A stretch of 64,000 nucleotides of DNA from Alphaproteobacteria bacterium (GCA_965261735.1 OZ253470.1:4122980-4186979); one strand, 5' to 3'. Shown: positions 19,876 to 30,615, counted from the first letter of the stretch. Numbers and translations are program-made. The notes: generated by a model from the letters alone, not told the origin.

Positions 19876-21036
19876 TTAGCTTCCGGCTTGCCAGAAGTCC
19901 TCACGGATGTTGACGATCTCGCCGTTGAGCCAAGCGACCACGATGATGCCGCTGCGGATGGCTTCGCCTGACCCTTCCCATCCGATGTTTCCGCTCACGG
20001 TCTCGATCGACTTGGTTTTCGAGAACGCCTCGCGAATCGACTCCCGCGACAGGTCCTTGGCCGAGTTCATGATCTTCGCCATTTGCAGTGCCGCGTCGGT
20101 CGAGATGGCGGACCAGGTGCTGGGGTCCTCGTCGTACCGCTTCTTGTAGGCGGCGATGATGTTCTGCACGTAGGGTTTGGGATCGGTCGGGTCCCACATG
20201 CCGACGAAGAAGGTGTTGTTGACCGCATCACCCGCCATCTTCTTGTAGTCGGGATGGCTGGCACCGGGGCCGGCCACGATGGGCTGATTCATGCCGACAT
20301 CGCGTGCCTGGCGTACCATGATTCCCCCGTCAAAGGGCTGCTGGGCGGTGAAGATGAGGTCGACCCCAGCGGCGTTAATGCGGGTCACCTGGGCCGAGTA
20401 ATCCGTCTCCTTGCCCTTCGCCGTCACCTCCACGAGCTCGATCCCGTGCTCCTTGGCGGCATTGCGCATGGCGTTGGCGCGGGCAACCATGGCCTCGTCG
20501 TCAACCGACCATACGAGCGCCGCCTTCCGGACGTTGAATTTCTTCTTCAGGAGCGGCATCAGCACCGGCATCGTCGACCAATCCTGAGGCAGCGACCGGA
20601 AGGTCCACTTGTTGAACCCCTGCTTCCAGCGGCCACCCGAGGAAAACGCGTACATCGGGACCTCGTACTTGTCGGCCAAGTCATGAACGGCTTTGACCAC
20701 GGTGCCGGCGCCGACGTCGAGGATGATGGGCACGCCCGGGTCGCGGCCCAGCTTCTTGAACATGGTCACCGCGGTCGGCAGGTCGTCGTAAGGTGCGTCC
20801 GCCTTATAGAACTCCAAGGGGCGGCCGTGAATCCCGCCGGCGGCGTTGATCATATCCTGACCGGCGAGGGCGCCCTGAAACATGATCTTGCCCCAGTCGG
20901 CGGCGGCACCGCTGAAGCTCTCCATGAACGGAACGCGAATGGGATCGGCCGCCTGGGCCGGAGTTGCCAACGATCCGGCCGCGACAAGCCCTAAGGCTGC
21001 CAAAACCACCGATGTCGTGCGACGAATCGGGTGCAT
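19876..21036 (-). CDS. ABC transporter substrate-binding protein (Leu/Ile/Val-binding family, Peripla_BP_6)
   Basis: Signal peptide MHPIRRTTSVVLAALGLVAAGSLATPAQA and type I periplasmic binding fold. No cognate permease or ATPase in the window. Confidence 0.8.
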   Translation of the reverse strand: MHPIRRTTSVVLAALGLVAAGSLATPAQAADPIRVPFMESFSGAAADWGKIMFQGALAGQDMINAAGGIHGRPLEFYKADAPYDDLPTAVTMFKKLGRDPGVPIILDVGAGTVVKAVHDLADKYEVPMYAFSSGGRWKQGFNKWTFRSLPQDWSTMPVLMPLLKKKFNVRKAALVWSVDDEAMVARANAMRNAAKEHGIELVEVTAKGKETDYSAQVTRINAAGVDLIFTAQQPFDGGIMVRQARDVGMNQPIVAGPGASHPDYKKMAGDAVNNTFFVGMWDPTDPKPYVQNIIAAYKKRYDEDPSTWSAISTDAALQMAKIMNSAKDLSRESIREAFSKTKSIETVSGNIGWEGSGEAIRSGIIVVAWLNGEIVNIREDFWQAGS

Positions 21037-21241
21037 GTTTTTCTCCTCCTCTGCGATTCGGGGCCTGTGCGGGCCTCGCATGCCGGCGACAATGCTTCGC
21101 CGCGGCACTTAACCGTCAGTCTATAGGGGAAATGGGGGCGGGGAAAACGCGAATTCCGCGGCCTTTCCGGTCGCTCGGGCCGTTACTGGCAAGACCCCCC
21201 CCGCCCACGAGGGGACGGGGGTTTCACGACGTGTGTGTGGC

Positions 21242-22432
21242 TTAGGAGTCCCAGAACTCGGGTGGGACGACGATGACCTTGCCGTCCTTCCAGGTCAGGA
21301 TCAAGATCGACTCCCTGATCGCTTCGCCTTTGCCCTGTCCGCCGATGGCCTTGGCCCAGCCGACGTTGCCGCCCAGCGTATTGATGAACCCGGTTTTCGC
21401 GAAAGCCCGGCGAATGCCGTCGCGCGTCAGGTCCTCGGCGTTCCAGTTGATGACCCGGCCCATGGTCAGGGCGCCGTCGGTCGTGATCGCCGCCCAGGTG
21501 GTGATCTCCTCACCGTACTTTTCCTTGTAGCGGCGCTGCATTTCCTTGACCCAGGGCCTCGGGTCGAGCGGGTTGTACAGGCCGTAGAAGAAGGTGTTTT
21601 CGACCTTTCCCTGCGACATGCGCCAGTAGTCGTCGGCCGAGCCACCGGGACCGGCGAGGATCGGCTGGTTCATCCCCATCTCACGCGCCTGCTTGACCAT
21701 CAGGCCGCCGTCGAAGGCCTGCTGGGCGGTGACGATGAGCTGGACGTCGGCCGCCTTGAGCCTGGTGAGCTGGGCCGAGTAGTCGGTGTCCTTGCCCTTG
21801 GCCGCGGCCTCGATGACCTCGATCCCCTCCGCCTCGGCCGCCTTGCGCATGGCGTTGGCGCGCGCGACCATCGCCTCGTCATCGACCGACCAGATCACCC
21901 CCGCTTTCTTGATGTTGAACTTCTTCTTGAGCAACGGCACGAGAATGGGCACCGCCTCGGCCTCCTTGGGAAGCTGCCGGAAGATCCACGGGCTCCACTC
22001 GCCGGGCCAGTCGCCGCCAGAAGAAAAGGCGTAGTAGGGCACCTTGTGCTGCGTCGCCAGGTCGTGGGTGGCGAAGATGACCGTGCCCGCGCCGCCATCG
22101 AAGACGAGCGGAATGTTGGGATTGCGCGCGAGCTTCTTGAACATGGTGACGGACGCCGGCTTGTCGTCGTAGGGCGCGTCCGCGCGATAGAACTCGAGGC
22201 AACGGCCGTGCAGGCCACCGCGATCGTTGATCATCTCGGCGCCGATCACCGCCCCCTTGAACATGAGCTCGCCCCAGTCCGCGGCGGCACCGCTAAAGCT
22301 CGTCATGTGGGGGATGCGCACCGTCTTGCCGGCGTCGCACTCGGCTGCCTGCGCCGACGGCGTCGTCACTAGCGCGGCAGCCAGGGCAAACCCTGATGCC
22401 GCCAATACCGAGAATACTAGGCGTGCTCTCAT
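21242..22432 (-). CDS. ABC transporter substrate-binding protein (paralog of 19876..21036)
   Basis: ATG at 22432 with GGGAGG RBS. ~60-65% identical to its neighbour over the full length. The track ORF extends upstream as non-coding read-through. Confidence 0.8.
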   Translation of the reverse strand: MRARLVFSVLAASGFALAAALVTTPSAQAAECDAGKTVRIPHMTSFSGAAADWGELMFKGAVIGAEMINDRGGLHGRCLEFYRADAPYDDKPASVTMFKKLARNPNIPLVFDGGAGTVIFATHDLATQHKVPYYAFSSGGDWPGEWSPWIFRQLPKEAEAVPILVPLLKKKFNIKKAGVIWSVDDEAMVARANAMRKAAEAEGIEVIEAAAKGKDTDYSAQLTRLKAADVQLIVTAQQAFDGGLMVKQAREMGMNQPILAGPGGSADDYWRMSQGKVENTFFYGLYNPLDPRPWVKEMQRRYKEKYGEEITTWAAITTDGALTMGRVINWNAEDLTRDGIRRAFAKTGFINTLGGNVGWAKAIGGQGKGEAIRESILILTWKDGKVIVVPPEFWDS

Positions 22433-22587
22433 CGAAAACCTCCCTTTGATCCCGCCCGGTTGACCCCGGGAGGGCGTATTCCAAGTCCAGGAGCTGCACC
22501 TCGCAGGTCGGAAGCCAGCGAGTCTATACGCCAACTTTCGCCTAAGGAACCGGAAAAACCGCCGGCTCCGCAGGTCCGGGAACCCCG

Positions 22588-23973
22588 CTAGGAAGCGGCG
22601 CGCGCGGCTGCGACCGGCTCGTCGCTCGCGGGCAGGTCGGCCACCGCGGCAATCGATTCGATCTCGCGCAGACGGTCGAACAGCTCCTCGGCGCGCGGCT
22701 TCGCGTAAGCCGGGCCGACGCAGTCGTAAAACTTGTCCCACAGCTGATCGGCGCGGATCGGGTTGCGGGCGTGACCCAGCGCGTACTCGATCGCGCCGCT
22801 GTCGAGGACCTCGCCGGTGCCGAGGGTCATCGTGACCTGATCGTACGGCGCGAAAATCGCATCGGCCGGATGGCGCTCCTCGGTCGTGGTCATCGCGATC
22901 TTCTTCATGAACGCCTGCACGTCGCCGCGCCGAACGAAGGCATCGGTGAGCTCGGCGAGGCCGGCACGCCCAACAACGACCGGCGCGGTCATCGCGAACT
23001 CGAGGCTGAACTTGGCCTCGAGGCCGGTCTGCGGCTGATGGTTGCGTAGGACGGTGGCTTGCGTGCGCCCAATCAGGACCTCGATGCGGTCGATCTCGTC
23101 GGCGGCGAGCGGGCGCCGCGACAGCATGTCGAAGACGCCGTCGACGGCGCGATGGACGCAGTAGCACATCGGGTACTTCTTGATGTTCAGACCCTCTTCG
23201 ATGATGTGCCACTCGCGGCCCAGAGCCGGGGGCGAGTCGACGTCGACGCGACCCTGCGGCGAGAAGGCGCTGAGGAATCCGAGCGGGTGCTCGAAGGCAT
23301 CGGCCGCTGCCGTCATCCCCGCTGCCGCCAGCCGCGTCGCCACGATGCCGCCGCGCGCCGCCTGGCCGGCATGGTAGGGCTTTGTCATGGTGCCGAAATT
23401 AGCGCCGATTCCTGACGCGGCGGAGGCGGCGAGACCAAGTGCCATGGTCGCCACGCCAGAATCGAGCCGCCGAAGCACGGCGCTCGCCGCTGCGGCGGCA
23501 ATAACGCCAAAGATGGCCGTGGGATGCCAGCCCTTTTCGTGATGCTGATCGGCATCGCGGCGCGCCAGTTCGTGCCAAACCTCGTAACCGGCCACGAAAG
23601 CCGTCACCATGTCCCTACCCGTGGCGCCCGTGGCCTCGCCCTCGGCCAGGATCGCCGGCACCAGAACGGCGCTCGGGTGACCATTTAGCGCTACGTCGTC
23701 ATAGTCCAGCGCGTGCGCGGCGGTAGCGTTGATCAACGCCGCATCAGGTGCCGCAGCGCGGGCCGACGAGAAGCAGAGTCTCGCCTCGCCCGTCGCGTCC
23801 TGACGTGTCGTGCTGCGGACGATATCGGTTGCAGGCTCCCGGCTGCCGGCGATGAGCACGCCGGCGCAATCGGCGAAACCGGTGCGGACGATGTCGACCG
23901 CCGCGCCTGGCAGCTGATCGTAGCTCACGCCGGCGATGAACTCGCCCATCGCTCGTGTAAGACCTGTAGCCAT
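22588..23973 (-). CDS. MmgE/PrpD family protein (2-methylcitrate dehydratase-like)
   Basis: 461 aa, PrpD N- and C-domain character (CHELARRDADQHHEKGWHPTA). Divergent from the tcuA-like gene. Confidence 0.75.
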   Translation of the reverse strand: MATGLTRAMGEFIAGVSYDQLPGAAVDIVRTGFADCAGVLIAGSREPATDIVRSTTRQDATGEARLCFSSARAAAPDAALINATAAHALDYDDVALNGHPSAVLVPAILAEGEATGATGRDMVTAFVAGYEVWHELARRDADQHHEKGWHPTAIFGVIAAAAASAVLRRLDSGVATMALGLAASAASGIGANFGTMTKPYHAGQAARGGIVATRLAAAGMTAAADAFEHPLGFLSAFSPQGRVDVDSPPALGREWHIIEEGLNIKKYPMCYCVHRAVDGVFDMLSRRPLAADEIDRIEVLIGRTQATVLRNHQPQTGLEAKFSLEFAMTAPVVVGRAGLAELTDAFVRRGDVQAFMKKIAMTTTEERHPADAIFAPYDQVTMTLGTGEVLDSGAIEYALGHARNPIRADQLWDKFYDCVGPAYAKPRAEELFDRLREIESIAAVADLPASDEPVAAARAAS

Positions 23974-24206
23974 GCCGTACCCTCCGCGTTAGCGCGGCCG
24001 CGTCATGGCCGCGACGGGCGTCGCCGGGTCTAGTGCCCGGGCGATGATGCCCGAAATCGGCGCCGAACGCCATGCGACGCGGGTGGCTTGCGTTAGGACC
24101 GCCGCAGGCACGGGTTGACGGGGTGTGTGGCGGCTTGTATCGCTTTATCAAGGGTTCGCGCGGGCGGTCGTTGAGCCGACATGCGACAGGAGGGGAGGGT
24201 CGAAAC

Positions 24207-25676
24207 TTGGCCGACTATGACGTGATTGTGGTGGGTGCCGGAAACGCGGCGTGCGCGGCTGCCGTCTCCGCGCGCGAGCAGGGCGCGGCACGGGTCCTGT
24301 TGCTGGAGAAGGCATCGGAGGAGATGCGCGGCGGTAACACGCATTACAGCGGCGGCCTGCTGCGGATATTTTTTGACCGAACCGAGGACCTGCTGGCGGT
24401 TATTCCCGATGTCGAAAAGCAGGCGCCCGGCTTCGTCAAGGGCGTCCCGCCCTACCCGAAAGACGAGTTCTGGGCCGACCTACTGCGCGTTACCAATGGC
24501 CGAACCGACGCCGAGCTGGCGGAGATTCTCATTGGCCGTTCGCAGGACACCATCCGCTGGATGTCGGGCAAGGGCATCCGCATGGAGGCGTCCGTTTCGC
24601 TGACCGCGATCAAGATCGGCAACGAGATCAAATGGCCGACCGGCGCGGTCGTGAGGGCCATTCACGAGGGCGTCGGCCTATCGAAGATGTGGTTCGATAT
24701 TGCCGCTGAAAACGGCGTCGAGATCCTCTACGCGACGCGAGCCGGTTCGTTGTTGCAGGACAAGTCGGGCCGGGTCAGCGGGGTCGTCGCGCATGGACCC
24801 GACGGCGTGCGCGAGATCAGCGCCCGCTCGGTCGTGCTCGGCTGCGGCGGCTTCGAGTCGAACCCGGCATGGCGGGCCCGCTATCTCGGCCGACCGTGGG
24901 ATCACGCCAAGGTCCGCGGTACGCCCTTCAACACCGGTGACGGGCTGAGCATGGCGTTCGCCATGGGCGGTCAGCCCTACGGCCACTGGACCGGCTGCCA
25001 CTCGACGCCGATCAGTGCCGATGCACCGGCATACGGCGATCGCAAGCTGACCGACAAGACCAATCGCCTGTCGTATCCGTTCGGTATCCTGGTCAACAAT
25101 CTCGGCCTGCGCTTCTTCGACGAGGGCGAGGACTTCCAGTGGTACACCTACGCCAAGCTCGGCGGCATCATCCTCAACGAGCCGGGCGGGGTCGCCTACC
25201 AGATCTTCGATTCCAAGGTGACGCACCTGCTCGAAGGCCGCTACAAGACGACCGAGCCGATCGTTGCCGACACGCTCCATGAGCTGGTCGACAAACTTGC
25301 GGTCGACCACGCGCAGTGCCGCACGACGGTCGACGAATACAATGCGGCCGCCGGCAACGGCGCCTTCGACCCGACGATCAAGGACGGGCTCAGCACCAAC
25401 GGGCTCGCGCTGCCCAAGTCGAACTGGGCGCAGCGCCTCGATTCACCGCCGTTTCTTGCCTATCCGGTCACCGGCGGCGTCACCTTCACGTTCGGTGGCG
25501 TGCGCATCAACGAGCGCGCGCAGATCGTCGATGTCGGATGGCAGCCGATCCCCGGGTTGTATGCCTGCGGCGAGATGGTGGGCGGGCTATTCCACACCAA
25601 CTACCCGGGCGGCACCGGGCTCGTCTCCGGTGCCGTGTTCGGCCGCATCGCCGGGGCCGAGGCGGCCAACGCCTGA
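24207..25676 (+). CDS. tcuA: FAD-dependent tricarballylate dehydrogenase TcuA-like flavoprotein
   Basis: DYDVIVVGAGNAACAAAVSAREQGAARVLLLE FAD-binding N-terminus closely parallels Salmonella TcuA. TTG start with AGGAGGGG RBS. No tcuB nearby. Confidence 0.7.
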   Translation: MADYDVIVVGAGNAACAAAVSAREQGAARVLLLEKASEEMRGGNTHYSGGLLRIFFDRTEDLLAVIPDVEKQAPGFVKGVPPYPKDEFWADLLRVTNGRTDAELAEILIGRSQDTIRWMSGKGIRMEASVSLTAIKIGNEIKWPTGAVVRAIHEGVGLSKMWFDIAAENGVEILYATRAGSLLQDKSGRVSGVVAHGPDGVREISARSVVLGCGGFESNPAWRARYLGRPWDHAKVRGTPFNTGDGLSMAFAMGGQPYGHWTGCHSTPISADAPAYGDRKLTDKTNRLSYPFGILVNNLGLRFFDEGEDFQWYTYAKLGGIILNEPGGVAYQIFDSKVTHLLEGRYKTTEPIVADTLHELVDKLAVDHAQCRTTVDEYNAAAGNGAFDPTIKDGLSTNGLALPKSNWAQRLDSPPFLAYPVTGGVTFTFGGVRINERAQIVDVGWQPIPGLYACGEMVGGLFHTNYPGGTGLVSGAVFGRIAGAEAANA

Positions 25677-25682
25677 GGGACG

Positions 25683-26864
25683 ATGACGGTCCAGGTCCGC
25701 ATCCCCAGCGTCTTCATGCGCGGTGGCACGAGCCGCGCGTTGATGTTTCGCCGCGAGCACCTGCCGGACGACCCGGCCGACTGGGACGCCATTTTCCTTG
25801 CCGCCATCGGCAGCCCCGATCCCAATGGGCGCCAGCTCGACGGCATGGGCGGCGGCATATCGTCGCTGTCGAAGGTCGTGGTGGTTGGCCCGCCGAGTCG
25901 CGACGATGCCGACGTCGACTACACCTTCGGCCAGGTCGCGGTCGACAGGCCGATGGTCGACTACAGCGGCAATTGCGGCAACATGTCCTCGGCGGTCGGG
26001 CCCTTTGCGGTCGATGAGGGCCTCGTCACCCGCGCCGATTCCCCGGCCACGGTCCGCATCCATAACACCAACACCGGCAAGCTCATCGTCTCGCAATTCG
26101 CGCTCGAGGGGGGTGTAGCCGCGGTCGAGGGCGACTACGAGCTGCTCGGCGTGGCCGGGCACGGTGCCCGTATCCGATTGGAGTTCCTCGATCCTGGCGG
26201 TGCCGCCACGGGGCGCCTATTGCCGAGCGGACAGGTGACCGACGCGCTCGATATTCCCGGCCATCCCGCGGTGACGGTCTCGCTCGTGGATGCGACCAAC
26301 CCGTGCGTGTTCGTGGCCGCCGAGTCGCTCGGTCTCGCCGGAACCGAGCCGGCGGAGGCGCTCGAGGGGCGACCCGAGCTCCTCGAGCTGCTGGAGCACA
26401 TCCGCGCACACGCGGCCGTGCGCATGGGGCTGGCGACGAGCCCCGAGCAGGCCAGCGCGGCCTCGCCGAGCAACCCCAAGATCGGCGTGGTCGCGCCGCC
26501 GCAATCCGCGGCGACGCTATCGGGCGCGAGCCTCGATGCGGACGCCTTCGATGTCACGGCACGCATGATGTCGATGGGGCGGCCGCATCGCGCCGTGCCT
26601 CTTACCGGCGCCATGTGCCTGGCCGTGGCGGCGCGCATTCGCGGGACCGTCGTGCACCAGGTGACGCGCGCAGCGACCTCCGCCGAGGCCGACATTCGCG
26701 TCGGCCACCCCTCAGGCGTCACCGCGTTTGCGGCCGCGGTGTCGGAGGAGGGCGGCTGGCGCGCCGACAAGGTCGTCGTCTACCGTACGGCGCGGCGGTT
26801 GATGGAGGGCAGCGTGCTGGTGCCGCAGTCCAGGCTCACAGACAGCCGACGCGCGACGGCGTAA
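25683..26864 (+). CDS. PrpF/AcnD-accessory family protein (aconitate/methylaconitate or methylitaconate isomerase-like)
   Basis: 393 aa, diaminopimelate-epimerase-like fold family signature (MRGGTSRALMF, GNCGNMSSAVGPFA). Confidence 0.7.
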   Translation: MTVQVRIPSVFMRGGTSRALMFRREHLPDDPADWDAIFLAAIGSPDPNGRQLDGMGGGISSLSKVVVVGPPSRDDADVDYTFGQVAVDRPMVDYSGNCGNMSSAVGPFAVDEGLVTRADSPATVRIHNTNTGKLIVSQFALEGGVAAVEGDYELLGVAGHGARIRLEFLDPGGAATGRLLPSGQVTDALDIPGHPAVTVSLVDATNPCVFVAAESLGLAGTEPAEALEGRPELLELLEHIRAHAAVRMGLATSPEQASAASPSNPKIGVVAPPQSAATLSGASLDADAFDVTARMMSMGRPHRAVPLTGAMCLAVAARIRGTVVHQVTRAATSAEADIRVGHPSGVTAFAAAVSEEGGWRADKVVVYRTARRLMEGSVLVPQSRLTDSRRATA

Positions 26865-26890
26865 CAGGTTCGGCAAGCCCCGAGGATGCC

Positions 26891-27751
26891 ATGAAAGCAA
26901 CGACCACCCTGCGGGCCATGATCGGCCAGGATGAGACCTTCGTCGGGCCCGGCGTTTATGACGGGCTGAGCGCCCGCCTCGTCGAGCGCGCCGGTTTCGA
27001 CCTCGTCTACGCGAGCGGCGGCGCCATCGCGCGGAGCATGGGGTTTCCCGACCTCGGCCTGATCAGCATGGCCGAGGTCGCGGCGCGGCTGAACCTCATC
27101 ACGGACAGCGTTGCCCTGCCGGTGATCGCCGACGCAGACACCGGCTACGGCAACGCCCTCAACACGCGGCGCGCGATGCGCGAGTTTCAGCGCGCCGGCG
27201 TCGCCGGTCTGCACCTCGAGGACCAGACCTTCCCCAAGCGCTGCGGCCACTATGACGATAAGACGGTCGTTCCGACGGGCGAGATGGTGCAGAAGATTCG
27301 GGCCGCGCGCGACGCGCTCGCCGACGACGATCTCGTCCTCATCGCGCGCACCGACGCCCGCGCCGTCGAGGGCTTCGACCGTACGATAGAACGTGCGCAC
27401 GCCTATGCCGAAGCGGGTGCCGACGTGATTTTCTTCGAGGCCCCGCAAAGTGTCGAAGAGATCGAGCGGATCGGGCGCGAGCTGCCCTACCCCAAGCTCA
27501 TCAACATGTTCCAGGGCGGCAAAACGCCGCTCGTGCCAGTGGCGCGCTTGCGTGACTGGGGCTACCGCCTCGTCATTATCCCGTCGGACCTGCAGCGGGC
27601 CGCGCAACACGCGATGGAGGAGGCATTGGCGCTGATCAAGAGCGACGGCAACAGCGCGGCGATGAGCGACCGCCTGACCTCGTTCGAGGAGCGCGAGGCG
27701 ACCATCGGCACGCCCGAGTATCTCGAGCTCGACCGGCGCTATCGCGCCTAA
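26891..27751 (+). CDS. Isocitrate lyase/PEP mutase family lyase (methylisocitrate lyase / dimethylmalate lyase-like)
   Basis: ICL/PEPM signature region KRCGH and DADTGYG. ATG 26891 lies within track ORF 26303..27751. Confidence 0.75.
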   Translation: MKATTTLRAMIGQDETFVGPGVYDGLSARLVERAGFDLVYASGGAIARSMGFPDLGLISMAEVAARLNLITDSVALPVIADADTGYGNALNTRRAMREFQRAGVAGLHLEDQTFPKRCGHYDDKTVVPTGEMVQKIRAARDALADDDLVLIARTDARAVEGFDRTIERAHAYAEAGADVIFFEAPQSVEEIERIGRELPYPKLINMFQGGKTPLVPVARLRDWGYRLVIIPSDLQRAAQHAMEEALALIKSDGNSAAMSDRLTSFEEREATIGTPEYLELDRRYRA

Positions 27752-27769
27752 CCGCGGCGTGGTGGGCGC

Positions 27770-28357
27770 TCAGGCCGCCGCCACCTCGTCGATCGCCGGC
27801 CCGCTCGCACTGAAGGGCTCGCGCGCGAAAATACGGTGCACCATCGGCGCGAAAGCCTCCATCGGCATCGTATCGAAGGCCGGGTCGAAGGCGTTCTGAT
27901 CGTATCTGTGGCAGAAATCCACCGTGGCCTCGAAGCAGGGATGCCCGCGATACCGCTCGCGCACGTTTCGGTCTCCACCCATGTGATGGGCGAAATAGTA
28001 GCGCTGGAACAGGCCGTGTTGCTTGACCAGCCAGGTGTTGGACTCGGAGACGTACGGGCGCAGAATCGTGGCGGCAAACTCGGCGTGGTTGGCGGGCGCC
28101 AACATGTCACCGATATCGTGGAGGAGGGCGACGACGACCATCTCCTCGTCGGCGCCGTCTCGCGAGGCCAGGGTCGCGGACTGTAGGGAATGCTGGAGCC
28201 GATCGATCTTGAACCCGGAGCTCGAATGGGCGAGCGATTCGAGATGGTCGAGCACCCGTTCGGCCGTGCCCTCGATGAGCGGACTGTGCAGCCGCTCCAG
28301 CAATTCGTAGTCTTCGCGCGTGCCTTCCTCCATGCTGGTGAAGCTCACCGTCTCCAT
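27770..28357 (-). CDS. HD domain phosphohydrolase
   Basis: HD motif (LLHDIGD) with downstream His and Asp residues, 195 aa. Confidence 0.65.
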   Translation of the reverse strand: METVSFTSMEEGTREDYELLERLHSPLIEGTAERVLDHLESLAHSSSGFKIDRLQHSLQSATLASRDGADEEMVVVALLHDIGDMLAPANHAEFAATILRPYVSESNTWLVKQHGLFQRYYFAHHMGGDRNVRERYRGHPCFEATVDFCHRYDQNAFDPAFDTMPMEAFAPMVHRIFAREPFSASGPAIDEVAAA

Positions 28358-28483
28358 CTCGGTCTCCCTTGTGGGGTCGCGAACGGCCGCCTTCCGGACC
28401 GCTCGCGGCCACGATAGACTCCGCCGGGCCGACTTGTCGAGGTAGCGGCTCCGGCCCCCGTCTGCTCCTGTTGGGATGAGATC

Positions 28484-29194
28484 ATGTTCCTGCCGCTGAA
28501 GGACGACAACCCGCTCAAGATCATCCCCTACCAGTACGCCACGATCGGCATCATCGGGCTGTGCGCGCTGACGTTCCTGTGGCAGCTGTCGTTGACGTCG
28601 GCGGACGCGGAGCGCGCCATCGGCGGACTGGCCGTCGTGCCCGCCGCGCTGTTGGGGGGGCGCACCGACCTCTCGCTCGTGCCGCCAACGGCCACGCTGG
28701 TGACGTCGCTCTTCCTACACGGCGGCTGGCTCCACCTGATCAGCAACATGCTCTATCTGTGGGTGTTCGGCGACAACATCGAGGACGCGATGGGACACGG
28801 CCGCTTCGTCGCCTTCTTTCTCGTTTGCGGGGCCGTCGGCGGCCTCGCTCACGCGATCGTCAATGCGGATTCGACGATACCGACGATCGGCGCGAGCGGC
28901 GCGGTCTCCGGGGTGCTCGGCGCCTACCTCCTGCTCCACCCGCGCGTCCGCGTTCTGGTGCTGGTGTTCAAGTGGTTTCCGATACGCCTGCCGGCCTACG
29001 TCGTGCTCGGTGGCTGGATCATCTTGCAGGTTATCCCGGTGCTGCGCGGCTCAGGTGCCGGATCGGACGTCGCGTGGTGGGCCCATATCGCCGGCTTTGG
29101 CGCCGGCGTCGCCCTGATCGCGCCGATGCGGCGTAAGACGCTGCCGCTGCTCGACCGCGGCCCCGACGCGCGGCCGGGGCCCTGGGATCGCTGA
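28484..29194 (+). CDS. Rhomboid family intramembrane serine protease
   Basis: Catalytic GASGAVSGVLGAY (Ser) and AHIAGFGAG (His) motifs, 6-7 TM. Confidence 0.8.
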   Translation: MFLPLKDDNPLKIIPYQYATIGIIGLCALTFLWQLSLTSADAERAIGGLAVVPAALLGGRTDLSLVPPTATLVTSLFLHGGWLHLISNMLYLWVFGDNIEDAMGHGRFVAFFLVCGAVGGLAHAIVNADSTIPTIGASGAVSGVLGAYLLLHPRVRVLVLVFKWFPIRLPAYVVLGGWIILQVIPVLRGSGAGSDVAWWAHIAGFGAGVALIAPMRRKTLPLLDRGPDARPGPWDR

Positions 29195-29703
29195 GGAGGC
29201 TCGGGCCACGGCCCTATCCGGGGCGAAGGTCATTCTGTCGATCTATCGTCGTTTCGAAGCGCTGTACCGCTTCCACGAGGAAGGCCGGATACAGCGCGCA
29301 GGCTAGTAGCGGTCGCCATCCAGCACAGGGGAAGGCCCAACCGGCCGACCACGCAGATCTGGCGTAACATCGACCCGCGCCGCGTCCACCAGTTCCCCGA
29401 TCTCCCAAATGTGGTCAGTCACGCGCCCACCGCCATCGCTGGCGTGATCCGTAGCGCCTCGTGGACTCGGCAAAGTTGTACCATGCGGATGCAGTGTCGG
29501 CGCTTCACCCGCCTAACCAACGAGTTCAGCAAGAAGCTTTCGGAACCACAGGCGGCCATTGCCTTGTACGTCGCTTCCCGCGGCCTCATCAGGGACACGG
29601 GCTTTCCGGCGTCCACTCGCGGGCTAGGTGCTGGGCCTCGGCGATCTGAGCAGCTGCAACACTGGGGGCTTGTCGTCGGCGTATGCGAGCGCGAGCCTCA
29701 ACG

Positions 29704-30615
29704 TTAGAACCCGCAAAGTTGCCGTGTGATCGTTACAGTGCCGATCTCTGAGCCGTCGCGACGCAGATAGACATGCGCGAGCGTTGCGCCTGCCTCGATC
29801 CAGGGACGCAGGCCAGAGCAGTTGCTCTGCGTGAGGCTCGTCCGCATCGAGGTCGAGAGAGCATGCCTATCTACTGATAGCTCGTAGATGTAGCGGAACG
29901 TCGATCCCTGCCCTTCGACCTGTTGAAGAGTCGTTATCTCATCCACCTGCTGCGGCGTTGGAACCTCAGCCGCCATCTGTTGGAGTGCGGCATCAAGACC
30001 TTGGCTGCGGATCAGGGAGGCGAGAAGCACCGATTGCTGCTCAGTGCCTGCCTCGGCAACCCTCCGCTCTACCTCGACCTCGGCGTAGGCGGACAAATAG
30101 ACGCCTGCGACGATCATGACGATACCGGACACGACGCCACGGCCATCTGTTAGCAGGGGAATGGCCGGAATACGGTTCGCGGACACTTCGTTCTTGGAGC
30201 GCGTTGCCAGCAGCCAGAGGTTGCGCGACCGGGATGAACGCGAGCGCAGCCATCCGACCATGCCCATAAGCATCGCGCGACCGTTCCATGGCGATGATCC
30301 CGATGAAGTAGCCGACCAATACTAGGGTGACGAGCTGCACCGCCAATAAGACCCATAGGTACGCCCCAGCCATCGCGGGCAGTGAATTAAGCCAGATGAG
30401 TTGCGTCGCGGCAGCGAAGAGGAACAAAAGCCCGAGTATGCAAAGTATGGCGCCTGCCGCAATTCACCCTTGCCGCGCGCTACGATGCCCGCGACCACCG
30501 CGCCCAGGACAATGAGACCATAGCCAATTAATCGAAGGTCGTTTTCTGTCTGAAAGACTAGCTGGATGGCAATATCTTCAAGCATCCGCTTGCCATCTTG
30601 ATGCTGGCGAGGCAC
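29704..30615 (-). pseudogene. Degraded membrane protein gene, fragmented over three frames
   Basis: Three co-oriented overlapping ORFs (30322..30615, 30041..30427, 29704..30273) that together read as one membrane protein with TM helices. Local GC is lower than surroundings. Confidence 0.35.

Noticed and set aside
21120-21240. GC-rich hairpin (CCCCCGCCC…GGGACGGGGG) between the two binding-protein genes as a possible terminator
   Set aside because: Imperfect stem and no T-tract on the transcribed strand, so too weak to call.
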